Positions 52,285 through 64,000 of a stretch of 64,000 bases of DNA are shown here, in pieces. Origin of the DNA: Octopus sinensis (lineage: Eukaryota); contig NC_043000.1 of assembly GCF_006345805.1 (NCBI RefSeq), positions 30,442,001 through 30,506,000 on the forward strand. Reading direction: 5' to 3'. Below the pieces are notes generated by a model. That model was not told the origin of the DNA, did no database searches, and was given only the letters and a program-made list of their open reading frames with translations. Each line of letters starts with the position of its first letter. Positions within the stretch are counted from its first letter, which is position 1. Made by a program: the position numbers and the translations under genes.

Positions 52285-52287
<3 letters not shown>
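51845..52287. mobile_element. SINE A 3' part (+) joined to SINE C (-)
   Basis: 51845-51998 matches the 3' part of family A (8880-8990, 9580-9730); 52000-52287 matches 48515-48790. Confidence 0.8.
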
Positions 52288-52365
<78 letters not shown>

Positions 52366-53274
52366 CTGTAAATGTATATAATACATTTAATAATTTTAAG
52401 AATAATTGTGTTTTTAATCTCTTCTAATCTTTTTCTTCATAAGCCGTTAAAATATATGAACATTTGTTCTTTTTAACATACTGTGGTTATTCTGTTTTTC
52501 TCTTCCAAAACTTTCTGGTTCCCCGCCACGAAAACTCTCTATTATAATCTCGTCTAGTGTCAACAGTGTTCAATAAGATATTATGTCCCCATTCATTTTA
52601 ATTTTGTAAACATACATAATGAAATAGAGAAGCACAATTAGCAATTCCTTAATCAGCAGAGGATCGGCGTTATTTGCTTCTAATGGTGGAATAATTATAT
52701 TCACTGTGTACTCATTTTAATAACGACAAAATCAAGAAATCCTCTGTGACTCACACAACCCAACTGAACAAACATCCCTGTTGTGCAGCGAGAGCCTAAT
52801 TGTATGATAATTACAATGAGTTTGCAATAATTATATATTATTAGGCTTACAAGAGATTGCTCTACTCACCATAGAGGAGTTAGTTGGATAAACATTATGG
52901 AGGTCGTAAATCTACGAAATAATGAATCTATGTCGAATTAGAGACTGAAAGATCGATATGTTTACTTGCGACGAGAAATGGAAATGAGGCTATAAAGTGC
53001 CATTATTGTGAATAAATGAAGAATATACACAGGATGTCTGTGTTCATAGAACAGCATAATATGCTGACAGAGAAGGTAACTATACAGTCATAATCACAAT
53101 TGACTTGTCCATCCATCTATTCATCCATCCAGCAAACCAGCCAGCCATCACATTTTCTGTCCACTAAGCCTTTAATGTCTGTGGTGTGTGGTCTCATCAA
53201 CTACCTTCTTCATAGGGTGCTATCAGAAACTGGAGTCCCAAGCATGATCAAATGACACTATGGATATTATTCAA

Positions 53275-53510
53275 AGGTGGAGAGCTGGCAGAAAAGTTAA
53301 CACGCCGGGAGAAATGCATAGCATATTTCGTCTGCCACTACGTTCTGAGTTCAAATTACGCCGAGGTCGACTTTGCCTTTCATCCTTTCGGAGTCGATTA
53401 AATAAGTACCAGTTATACACTGGAGTCGATATAATCGACTTAATCCGCCTGTCTTGCCTTGTTTGTCCCCTTGTGTGTATCCCCTTGTGGGCAGTAAAGA
53501 AATAAGAAAT
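53275..53510 (+). mobile_element. SINE family B
   Basis: Head and one body unit. Confidence 0.8.
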
Positions 53511-53524
53511 AAGAATAAGATATT

Positions 53525-53760
53525 ATTCAAACATCTTGTTCTTGGTCGATTTCTCGGTCTCCTGACGGTTGGCTCGGCTTGAAGAATCCGTTTTGTGATT
53601 CTTTCTTGCGACATTGTAAACACATATCCGTAATGCAGGTGCTGTGATGACTCAATGCAAATACGTAGCAGTTCCACGCCCCCGGAGAAACTCCTTCATC
53701 TCAAGGCTACGCACCCTGTCGAATAACCTTTATTCGTAGAAACATATACATACCATTATA
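53525..53760 (-). mobile_element. RTE-like LINE C-terminal fragment
   Basis: QHLHYGYVFTMSQERITKRILQAEPTVRRPRNRPRTR resembles LRW.GHV.RM..R..K......RPRGRPR.RW. Confidence 0.55.
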
Positions 53761-56057
53761 TTCTGAGGTGTAGTTATATGTTTTAGACATATAAATTTGC
53801 TGTGTGATGAAAGATGAGTGGAAGCTTTCACGTTGTGGGAAATGATGTTTCACACGAGATTAATGCGATTTTGAATTTGTGCAAAAAACTAACAGAGCGA
53901 GGCTATATTCTTCATGAAAATAATACTCTCCAATTCAGTTGTTTGTGAGGATACCTCTCTTTATGGAACATTCTGGATGTCTCACTATATCTGTGAGCTA
54001 TCCAGGAAGCGGGACCAATACCCGCTATATTTGTCAAAAGGAATTCCGTTGGAAAATGTCCTGTCTGGCTGTTCTGCTCAATGAGACATCACGACATCAA
54101 TCCCTTTCTACTGGTCAGAAAATGTTAAATACAAGAATGTTGTTATCTAGGATTTATAAATATTTGTCCTTGGACTTTAGCAAGGGTGACGAAATCATTG
54201 TCATACAAAAGTTGAAAAGATATGACAATAAATATTGCTAAGACAACTTCTATCTGTGAATTTGAGTAGCAGCTTCATCAAAATGCTTTTATTTAGTATG
54301 ATGGGGAAAATATCTTGGGGAAAATATAGTTACAAATTATCAATATCATAAACAGAGCCTTGTGAATAGTAAAACGGACATTGAGTAAACAGCAAAGAAG
54401 ATACCAATATTCAACAGCCTGTATTGACATAACACACAATTGAATGTAATAAAGTTACAAAGCGCATACGCAATCCCATAACATTGAATCGTAGGCACAA
54501 TATAGGCCCAAACGTATACAGATACATGCGGCCATTTTGTATTCACTTGTTTCATATAAAACTCGGTCCGGTGATGCATGAGATCAATCACATTGAAGAG
54601 GTAAATAACAATAAATATTCTGTTTTATTTCTTCAGGTTTTAAGATACAAAAAATCTCTCTTAAAGTATTTAATATTAATTTACTGACACAGATTCCTAC
54701 GGATGTGAATATTATTGTTGCCAGATTTATATATAAAGTAACAAAAAAAATCTGTCATTTGTTTTCTTCTCTCAATGGACATCACAACCAAAGCTAACAG
54801 TACTGATGGGAAACACATCGGCGTACATTACATACGATGAAATATTAATGTGAATGCCATCAGCTGTTGCTATAAAGCTGTAATAAATGCGCCAACATCA
54901 CTTATATAATCAGTGATTCGTTATTGAATGCCTTGTAAATGCTGAAATAACATTCTCTCAGAATGTTGGCAGCGTTGACATTTACAGCATCCACCATTTC
55001 ATACAACATTCATGAAATATCAAAGATCTTCAAATCAGTGCAGGAACCTCTGCGCTCTAAAATAAACTGTTAGAAATAGCAGTAAGTTTTGCATCCGATC
55101 ATATGCATACTATCCTTAATTTTATGCCGGACTCATCAAGATTCAACTTGCATTATCTCCTCCCCTATCTACGTTATTAATGCATTTGAGTATTTGCTAT
55201 TTTAATCGAATGTTATACATTGAATAAAAATCATTTCTGGAATGAAAACAGCAAATAATAAAAATAAGCTTATTTCGACTAAAAAGTATTCACCATGATC
55301 AATGTCACATATGATACATTCATTTAAAGATTCAACTCAGGGATTGACTATTTCCTTGAAGTATATGGCTTACATGAATTACCAAACTATAAACATGCTT
55401 CGTATTACATCTGCAATCGAGTTGCTTGTAAGATTACCAATTAAATAATGATTTCTCGTACAGATACACAGCAAGATACAATAGAAAAAGATTGTGGTCA
55501 CTGGAAACAACTTCAATAAACTATTAGTAAAGCTATTAGTAAACACAGCATAAGACAAAATGAAAGGAAAATCCGGTTCCGATCGAAAGCTACACAAAGT
55601 CTGCATTTCCACCGATCAAAATAAAAATGTAAATATAAAGAGAAGTGTGTTGATATAGCCAAACTTCGCTTCTATTATTTCAGTCTATCTAGGCAAGACA
55701 ATGAAGAATATGAAAATTCTGGACAATATGTCTAAATTATATTGTTCAATATATCCAAGGCATTGTGTTGGAAAACACAGCAGAATGCGGAGATATATAG
55801 ATCGTAGTTTAAATATTATTTAGTTCCGTTGAGTACTGGCTCTAAACCTATTGTTATTTTAGATCTCAGGTCGAACAGAAACTAATATACCAGTGTACTT
55901 CCGTCAAAATCATTTCTACAGAAATTTCTCTAGACGACATACTCAATTACAATATCATTGTGTTCCTTTAAGAAACATTCTAGTAAATCCCTGCATTTAT
56001 TTTATTTGCATTATATAGCAGTCTAATTAAAACCATTACTATTAACGAATTTAATTA

Positions 56058-56260
56058 ATACCTATTTCTTTACAACCCACAAGGGGCTAAACACAGAGGG
56101 GACAAACAAGGACAGACAAACGGATTAAGTCGATTACATCGACCCCAGTGCGTAACTGGTACTTAATTTATCGACCCCGAAAGGATGAAAGGCAAAGTCG
56201 ACTTGTGGGTAGTAAAGAAGCAGAAATAGGTATTTCGCCTGTCTTTACGTTCTGTGTTCA
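56058..56260. mobile_element. Rearranged SINE family B (inverted junction near 56200)
   Basis: Minus-strand body followed by a plus-strand TTGTGGGTAGTAAAGAA..GGTATTTCG fragment. Confidence 0.7.
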
Positions 56261-56781
56261 GCTATTTATTTTTAAAAAATGTAATAGATTACTCTTTTCA
56301 AACCTGTATTATGCAATATCGCGTATAATTTTATCTTCCAAATAGTAAAATAAAGTTGCCCTTCCAAACAATCTAATTATGATGTTACGTCTTCTCTGTT
56401 TTTAATTTCCACACTTGAGATTGTGATTTTCCAGAGTTTTCAACATTTGAAGTGTCATCTTTAGCTATAGATATTTATAATACATTTTGTGGAGTATGTA
56501 GAAAGTTACTGTTTTCCTACAGTATAACTGTAACAGCTACATGTTTGTACTACACAAACACATCTGTCATTCTATTTATCTACCACTCCTGTCTAATTCT
56601 CATTCCTAACTATATATTCATATATGTGCGTGCGTCTTATGCATATATATGTACATACACACTCACAGACACACACACATACACAAACACGTACACTCAT
56701 ATACACACACATATTTATATACACACATGTTCATACATACACCTATAGACGCACATCGATCTATATAGATACACATGCATA

Positions 56782-57166
56782 TCTCTCTCTATATAACGGC
56801 AGTTTGTCTGTGCGTGTTTCTGTGTGTCTGTTTTCTCGTACCCTCACCCTGACCACGGCTTTCAACCGATTCTGATGAAACTTGACACACACATAGCCCA
56901 ATGTCATAATTCAAAACTAACGCAGCGAAAATTTTGAAAAGTTCCCCCAGTTCTGAAAAAATCGATAAATTCGACATGGGGTCGAGAATAAAAAAAAACA
57001 AACCACAGACTGTCTAGGGGACGCAACTCAACCTTTTATTACTCTCAAAAAAAAAATTACCATCATTTTTTTTCCATTTTTTGGCTATTTTTTGGCTATA
57101 ACTCTCTAAAAATGCTTTATAGTTATTTCCCTTACAAACCCGAGCAACGCCGGGCGATACTGCTAG
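56782..57166 (+). mobile_element. Non-autonomous Helitron
   Basis: Inserted at A|T with a 5' TC and a 3' CTAG preceded by hairpin CCCGAGCAACGCCGGG. (GTCT)-type repeat and ACCGATTCTGATGAAACTTG near the 5' end. No TSD. Confidence 0.8.
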
Positions 57167-57199
57167 TGTATTTATATATGTACGTATATATATATATAT

Positions 57200-58330
57200 A
57201 ATCAAAATAAGCAACAAGAATGACTCCGGTAATTTGGTACGATCGTTTCGTACTACATCATTTTATTAAATGTTGTAAGTAGTACAACAGATTTAAGACG
57301 CTGAGTACTCATCAGCCAATTATAGAGGTTTTCCAATAATACAAACATTTTCAAATCAAGTGGCAACATTATAGAGAAGGTAGATATACTGACAAAGATG
57401 TGGATTTAAATTTTAAGAACATATGAGGTAGTGAAGTCCTTCCACTGACTGACTAAGATATGGTTGTTCCTGACTGCTGTAAGGTTAGAAGCAAGAAAGA
57501 TTTTTTAATTGTAGAAATGGAGGTTTCAGAACTCCATAAAAGGAATTCATGTTGAAGACAGCAATTGCCACTAATAAATCCCAATTACTACTATTTGATG
57601 AGAGAAACTAGGTCAATGTCAAATGGTCCTAATCCCATTCACAGTGAGTGTAATTTAGAGAAAAAAGGGGAAAAAACCTATCACTTATTATAATGAGTAG
57701 GCATAGTACTTTTTAACTGGGAGAAAGCCTTATTAATTTTAAAGCTAGATTAATTTTAGAAAAAAATTTAAATTTCAAGTTTGCAGTGAAGATTTTTCAG
57801 TCATCTATGAATGTTAAATTGAAAGCTAGTATAGTATATTTCTTATTATTTGATTATAAAGAATTAAAATTTCAAAAATATAGGAATACTCACAAAATTA
57901 TTATTTAAAGTATTTAAACGTTCGGGTTGTGCAATGTATACAAGATAATCCCAACTCCAGACGGTTATTGAACAGATTTGTATTACTCTGATGTTTTAAA
58001 ATTTCATAATTTTCCATAGAACAAAGTTGACAACAATCCCTACAATTTTTATAATTTTGCGCCCTTCTAACTATATCCCATTTTAGGTTGAATTCTATAT
58101 TATTTGTTTTTAGTTCCCAAATTTTGCTAGATAGTGTTGTGCAACCTGCCTTGTGTTTGAGCCTAAAAGAGGAAAAATGATTGTTAAGACGTCTTTTAAG
58201 ATCCACCGAACAACCGAAATAAAGAAAGCTATTGCTAGAAGTTATTTAGTATTTATAAATTACGTTTTGGGCCGAACAACGACCAGATACCGGACATTTT
58301 GATCTAATCCTACAATTACAACTGGGGGGA
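57200..58330 (-). mobile_element. 5'-truncated Penelope-like element: GIY-YIG relic + 3' pseudo-LTR
   Basis: Minus translation CNCRIRSKCPVSGRC..VIYKY*..LYFG..DLKRRLNNHFSSF..IWELK..CQLCSMENYEI..NNRLEL. HHR in the 3' region; (TA)n flanks. Confidence 0.85.
57231..57322 (-). ncRNA. Type-I hammerhead ribozyme, intact core, long stem II
   Basis: AAUUGG-CUGAUGA-GUACU..(UUAAAU..UGUUGUA/UACAACA UUUAA)..AGUAC-GAA-ACGAUCGU-A-CCAAAUU. Confidence 0.85.
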
Positions 58331-58344
58331 TATATATATGTGTG

Positions 58345-58376
<32 letters not shown>

Positions 58377-58760
58377 CATATGTCTGACATCGCCCAGTGT
58401 TCCCACGCTTTCCTATCTTGTATCTACACCATACATATTTTCATCAGCTGCTTGATGAAATGTAATAACTTCGAATTTACATTCCCTCTAAAGACGATAT
58501 CTACGTTTCATACACACCATATCAATTCGTCTCCCATATACGCAAAGATATAACCAATCATATACTGCAAACCTGCACATGCGTAAACCTAATTATGTAT
58601 ATATTTCATCTACCTGTCAAGGCAACGAAGCGCAGTGAGTGCAACAGTATTAAAATGCATTAAATCAGATTACCATAAAAACATCATAACAATACCCAAT
58701 TAGCGGACGACGAATATCTGCACATTACCACAATACATATATACATACATACATACATAC

Positions 58761-58828
<68 letters not shown>

Positions 58829-59094
58829 TGTATGTATGTATGTATGTATGTATGTATTTCGTTTTTATTATTTTGACTCTTTAAGGAAAGACGGCGTTCG
58901 GTGATGCGCTAAAAGTTGTTTGTGATTCTATTAATTTCATTATAATTATCTGATATGATAAGTACCTTTAGCTTCTACTTGTTATTTCATACAGCAGCCT
59001 GGCTTTGATGGTGAAATAGTGGATGTTATCTAAGGTACTCTTAAAATATATCATGATATATATATATCTGTGGGTGTGTATATATATACACGAG

Positions 59095-59560
59095 TAATTT
59101 CATATTTTCCCTCCAAGACTACCATGTGCGTTACAAGATAGTACCGCAGAAAAAAAACTGTAGCTTGCTATCAGGGAGTGAAATTATCAGGGAGGGAAAT
59201 AATCAGGGAGTGAATAACCGAAATATTATGCCGATGAAGGAAATGAATTTTTATAATTCTAATCCCGAAACGCGTACATAATTAATCGTAGACTGTTTGA
59301 TTTCGGTTTTTTTTCTTCTTTTTGCCTATGTGTCTGTTGAGTCATATTTGTAGTTAAAAGGAATTAGCTGTCTTTGGCTGCTATTTCTAAATTGTCGGTA
59401 TGTGGTGAAGCAACTTGTTGCTATATCCTTAATTATATTTATACTTGTATATATAAAAAAAATATTTTTGTATAAGTTTTTACCGAATATGGTTCTTTTC
59501 CATACCGAAACTACTTGGTAAAATTCATTAATAAATAAATTATAATTCTTTACCCTATAT
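59095..59560 (+). mobile_element. PLE-like pseudo-LTR relic with HHR and structured 3' domain
   Basis: 3x ATCAGGGAG(T/G)GAA repeats (59170-59216), HHR at 59225-59282, 3' domain homologous to 2297-2472 and 8300-8473; ends in (TA)n. Confidence 0.7.
59225..59282 (+). ncRNA. Type-I hammerhead (U4C variant)
   Basis: ATTATG-CCGATGA-AGGA..GAATT/AATTC..TCCC-GAA-ACGCGT-A-CATAAT. Confidence 0.65.
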
Positions 59561-59630
59561 CTATAATGTATATATATGCATATATATATATTTATATATA
59601 TACTTTATTTAAAGCAGCAGAAAATTCAAC

Positions 59631-59677
59631 AAAATCTGTTACTCTGAGTTTCTCGTTGCCGTTCATCAGACAGTTTT
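59631..59677 (-). ncRNA. Minimal type-I hammerhead
   Basis: Inverted copy of 63034-63080. Confidence 0.7.
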
Positions 59678-60865
59678 TGTTAGAATGAAACCGATATATC
59701 AATTCAATCCAGACTCTTACAAACGCTACACCTTTAAAAAATGGACTTGTTTGATTGGCTCTTTAGAAATAACGGTCAATCTTCGAGCGATAAACAAAAA
59801 ATTGAGCTCAAAAATATATATGCAAATATATATAAAAAAAATTATAAAAATTATAAAATTCGAGGAAAAACCTTACATTGAATAAAATACATATTGACGT
59901 TAATGAAGGAAATATAATTAATACATGGAAATTAAAATGCATTATAAATATTACACTGCAATACATATTCATATTAAAGTGTACATATATATTTATCAAC
60001 ATTCACAGAAGGATGCGTGCAAACGCCATACATATACAGACGTATAAATATAAATATAAAATATACACACAAATGCATGCATACATATGTATACGCAATC
60101 TATCTCGCACGCAAGTTAAAATCATGGATGCTAATGTAGCGTTCCTTATTTACGGAGCAAAGCTTAAGACATAAGTAAGTGAGGGGGACGTAAAGTTGTA
60201 TGCACCAGTATCAGTTAGAGAAAAAAACGAAAGAAAGGAAGAGAGAGAGAAAGGAACGAAGGGGGAAGGAAAAAGGAAAAAGGAGGGGTGGGGGAAAAAA
60301 CGAAATAAGAAAAATTATGTATACAAGCTGTGTAACCACGTTATTGACATATATAGAGAGACAAGTATACAAACACACAAGTTCAAATTGATACATACAC
60401 ATACAGTCGTGTATGTGTGTGCTTAAGCACAAACATACGCTCACTTACACATACACAGAGACGCATGCTTACAAATACAAATCCATGGCTATACACATAT
60501 TTACATCAAAATTCTAATTTTTGACAACATTGATTTTTTTAAAAAATGGTGAGTGCAATAATGAAAAATATAAGAAAGACATATAAAATATAACACCCTA
60601 TTTTGGATCATCTATAAATTAAAAATTAAAGTAATCCTATACAATACAATAACATGAAATAAACAAAGACGAAGGTTTTCCTAAGGTACATGTAGAAATA
60701 TAAACAAAATAAACAAAATATATGCATGAGACTTTGCTATACAGAATGAAATATGCATAGCGCGAAACAAATCTAACGTCGCGTTTACATACTAGTCCAA
60801 GAGTCAAAATCAAAATTTCAAAAATCAAAAATACAAAATATATACTTTATCCATATGGTATATAT

Positions 60866-61570
60866 TTATATTTGACATTTTAATTTGGTTGCGTGTCTAA
60901 ATAAGTTCATCAGCTCACTTCTTTGATTCAAAGAATTATTGTCTTTGAATATACTATACAGTTTCTCTAATAGGCAAAGATTGCATTTAAAATTATTCCT
61001 GTGTGCTCCATGCCTGTATGGTGCCGCTCTGTCCAGAATGCTCCATGTCACGTTGAAAGTTGGGGTTTCCTTTTCTTTTAGTTCCCAGACATATTTTGCT
61101 AGGCTGGTCCTCTTCCTATTCTCTGGGTATCTAAATGAATTTTTATGCGAATAAAATCGTGTTTTAAACGAATTTTCTGAAGCCCCTGTATATGTCTTGT
61201 ATTCCGATGAGCCTTCTATTTGTACCTTGGCTCTATAAACTACTCCTTTTACTAGATATTTCCCTTCTAACGGACAGGAGTTTTCATTTTTGAAATTGCA
61301 TTTCTTAATGGGCTCGGCACCATGCTTAATTTCAATCAGATTCCTACTATGCTGGCTAATGTAAGAGGCGAAATTTCTGCAACAAGAATAGCTAACCTTC
61401 AAGGTTCTTCTATTAAATATCCTATAGAATTTATGGCCCTGCTTAAACTACTTAGAGACTAATCTCCAAAATTCCTTACCTATATTAGTCTTTACGGCCA
61501 AATTGAAAGCCGGGTTGAACCACAAAACTTTCCTGGTCCTAGTTCTTCGTGCAGCATTATTATCAGCATT
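60866..61570 (-). pseudogene. PLE thumb/linker + GIY-YIG endonuclease
   Basis: RKVLWFNPAFN..KTNIG (one in-frame stop) then KVSYSC, CNF-x5-C, VVY..YTG, KTRFYSH, VWELK, CNLCLLEK, LNQRSEL. Confidence 0.88.
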
Positions 61571-62136
61571 AAGCTGGCTAACAACTCGAATAAGATCTTC
61601 GTTAATTCTGATAAGACAAGGAACTTATATGCACTTGATAAGGACGTTTATAAGCGCCTGATTTCGAATAGTGTCACAGATACATACAAAAAAGATAACT
61701 CAAATATATACAAAGAGGTGAACTTAGAAGCAAGAGGAATATATAACGATCTTAAGATTAGCGATAGGATTGAATATCTTTCACCACGACCAGCTTTTAT
61801 TACTCTAAAAGACCATAAAGCCAATTTTAATAGAAACCCCAAATGTAGATTGATAAATCCGGCTAAAACTGAGATAGGAATTATTAGCAAAAATATTTTG
61901 GACCGTATTTTAGCTAAGTTAGATAGTGAAGTAGACTTGAGAATTTGGAAGAATAGTAAGTCAGTCATAGAGTGGTTTAAAGGTATTAGCTATAAGAATA
62001 ATTGCAGTTTTACACAATTCGAAATTATTGACTTTTACCCGTCAATATCTAGGACGTTACTCCTAAGGGCATTGGACTTCGCCAAGCAGTATGTCAGCAT
62101 CGATAGCTCGGAAATTGATATTATTTTTCATTATCG
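61571..62136 (+). pseudogene. PLE reverse transcriptase N-terminal fragment
   Basis: In frame with ORF 61718: SDKTRNLY, AFITLKDHK, PKCRLINP, QFEIIDFYPSI (motif A region). Truncated by fusion to the pseudo-LTR. Confidence 0.85.
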
Positions 62137-63033
62137 TATATTTTTCATTATTGCACTCACCATTTTTTTTAAAAATCAATGTTGTCAAAAATTAGAATTT
62201 TGATGTAAATATGTGTATAGCCATGGATTTGTATTTGTAAGCATGCGTCTCTGTGTATGTGTAAGTGAGCGTATGCTTGTGCTTAAGCACACACATACAC
62301 GACTGTATGTGTATGTATCAATTTGAACTTGTGTGTTTGAATACTTGTCTCTCTATATATGTCAATAACGTGGTTACACAGCTTGTATACATAATTTTTC
62401 TTATTTCGTTTTTTCCCCCACCCCTCCTTTTTCTTTTTTCCTTCCCCTTCTTCGTTCCTTCCTCTCTCTCTTTCTTTCTTTCGTTTTTTTCTCTAACTGA
62501 TACTGGTGCATACAACTTTACGTCCCCCTCACTTACTTATGTCTTAAGCTTTGCTCCGTAAATAAGGAACGCTACATTAGCATCCATGATTTTAACTTGC
62601 GTGCGAGATAGATTGCGTATACATATGTATGCATGCATTTGTGTGTATATTTTATATTTATATTTATACGTCTGTATATGTATGGTGTTTGCACGCATCC
62701 TTCTGTGTATGTTGATAAATATATATGTACACTTTAATATGAATATGTATTGCAGTGTAATATTTATAATGCATTTTAATTTCCATGTATTAATTATATT
62801 TCCTTCATTAATGTCAATATGTATTTTATTCAATGTAAGGTTTTTCCTCGAATTTTATAATTTTTATAATTTTTTTTATATATATTTACATATATATTTT
62901 TGAGCTCTTTTTTTTGTTTATCGCTCGAAGATTGACCGTTATTTCTAAAGGGCCAATCAAACAAGTCCATTTTTTAAAGGTGTAGCGTTTGTAAGAGTCT
63001 GGATTGAATTGATATATCGGTTTCATTCTAACA

Positions 63034-63080
63034 AAAACTGTCTGATGAACGGCAACGAGAAACTCAGAGTAACAGATTTT
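63034..63080 (+). ncRNA. Minimal type-I hammerhead
   Basis: AAAACTGT-CTGATGA-ACG GCAA CGA-GAAA-CTC A GAG-TA-ACAGATTTT; stem II closing pair is mismatched. Confidence 0.7.
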
Positions 63081-63207
63081 GTTGAATTTTCTGCTGCTTT
63101 AAATAAAGCATATTACTCTACCACTGGTATTTGAGTACTCTTTTTTTCCACCTTGTTTCACATTTATGTGTCTACTCCGGTATATATATATATATATATA
63201 TATATAC

Positions 63208-63258
<51 letters not shown>

Positions 63259-63655
63259 CGTGTATATGCATCTATATTAGTTTTTGTATATCTATGTGTG
63301 TGTATATATATATATTTATATAATTATATATGTATATATATATGTATATATATCTATTGATCTATATATAAATACATATGTATGTATGTATATATAAAAG
63401 AGAGAGAAGGAGGAAGACCAAAAGAAACAGCAGAGAATGAGAGTGAGAGTATGTGTGAGAGAGAGTGAGATAATGAGAAAGAAAGCTGGAGAGGGGTTAG
63501 ATCAGAAATTAATCGGGTAAACGAAGCGAAGTAATATTTGAATTTTTTGATATAATTTTTCAGATATTTACTGAAGGAGAATAAGTACATTTATGTAAAT
63601 GAAGACGTGCGGTAGAGACATACATAAATACATACACTTACATGCGTATACACAC

Positions 63656-63695
<40 letters not shown>

Positions 63696-63804
63696 TGATA
63701 CATAGACTTATTTTAATATGTATATTAGGAGAATAGGCGTAATTATATAAATCAAGAAACGCAGTATGAGCAAGCACAAGCATATACGTATACATGTACA
63801 CGTG

Positions 63805-64000
63805 ATCTTTTACTTTTATTTGTTACAGTTATGTGACTGTGGTGAGGCTGCAGCCCTGCATTTACGTGAGCAAATAGACCCTGGGACTTATTGTTTGTAA
63901 GCCTAGTACTTATTCTACCGCGTCTTTTATCGAAACGCTATGTTACGAGGACGTAAACACACCAGCATCGATTGTCAAGCGACGGTAGAGGGGAACATCA
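63805..64000 (-). mobile_element. SINE family C 3' part (runs off window)
   Basis: Homologous to 48390-48590. Confidence 0.65.

Larger units (their letters stand above)
59603..63180. mobile_element. Rearranged Penelope-like element with ~970-bp inverted pseudo-LTRs
   Basis: Arms 59603-60572 and 62137-63108 are near-identical inverted copies; the right arm has a ~72-nt extra tail. Divergent EN (-) and RT (+) fragments lie between them; (TA)n flanks. Confidence 0.9.

Noticed and set aside
53939-55612. Non-repetitive ORFs of 67-100 aa, some hydrophobic
   Set aside because: No recognisable domain or splice structure; ORFs of this length arise by chance.
56872-56885. CTGATGAAAC resembling a hammerhead core
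   Set aside because: No stem II or stem I in register; it lies in the Helitron subterminal motif.

Overview
AT-rich, microsatellite-dense eukaryotic DNA. The (TA)n/(TACA)n/(TAA)n load and the tRNA-derived SINE families look like a coleoid cephalopod, probably Octopus (inference). I find no host protein-coding exon I can support; most entries in the ORF track are microsatellite read-throughs or antisense repeat ORFs. Mobile DNA seen: a near full-length, frameshifted R4/Dong-type RLE retrotransposon (13655-~17690, -), CR1-like and RTE LINE fragments, Tc1/mariner relics, a non-autonomous Helitron, three SINE families and several Penelope-like element (PLE) relics with GIY-YIG/RT remnants. The most interesting layer is non-coding RNA structure. 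(i) About 13 type-I hammerhead ribozyme (HHR) motifs from about 8 repeat families, nearly all with a short palindromic stem III. (ii) A 560-bp non-coding HHR monomer arranged as a tandem-plus-inverted array between (TA)n tracts (retrozyme-like; predicted 560-nt self-cleaved or circular RNA). (iii) A multi-helix RNA domain at the 3' end of three diverged repeat families, downstream of the HHR in two of them, with compensatory base changes. (iv) A fixed-ended ~550-bp non-coding element found only in (TAA)n and arrayed behind the Dong LINE. All structures were folded by eye and boundaries are approximate.
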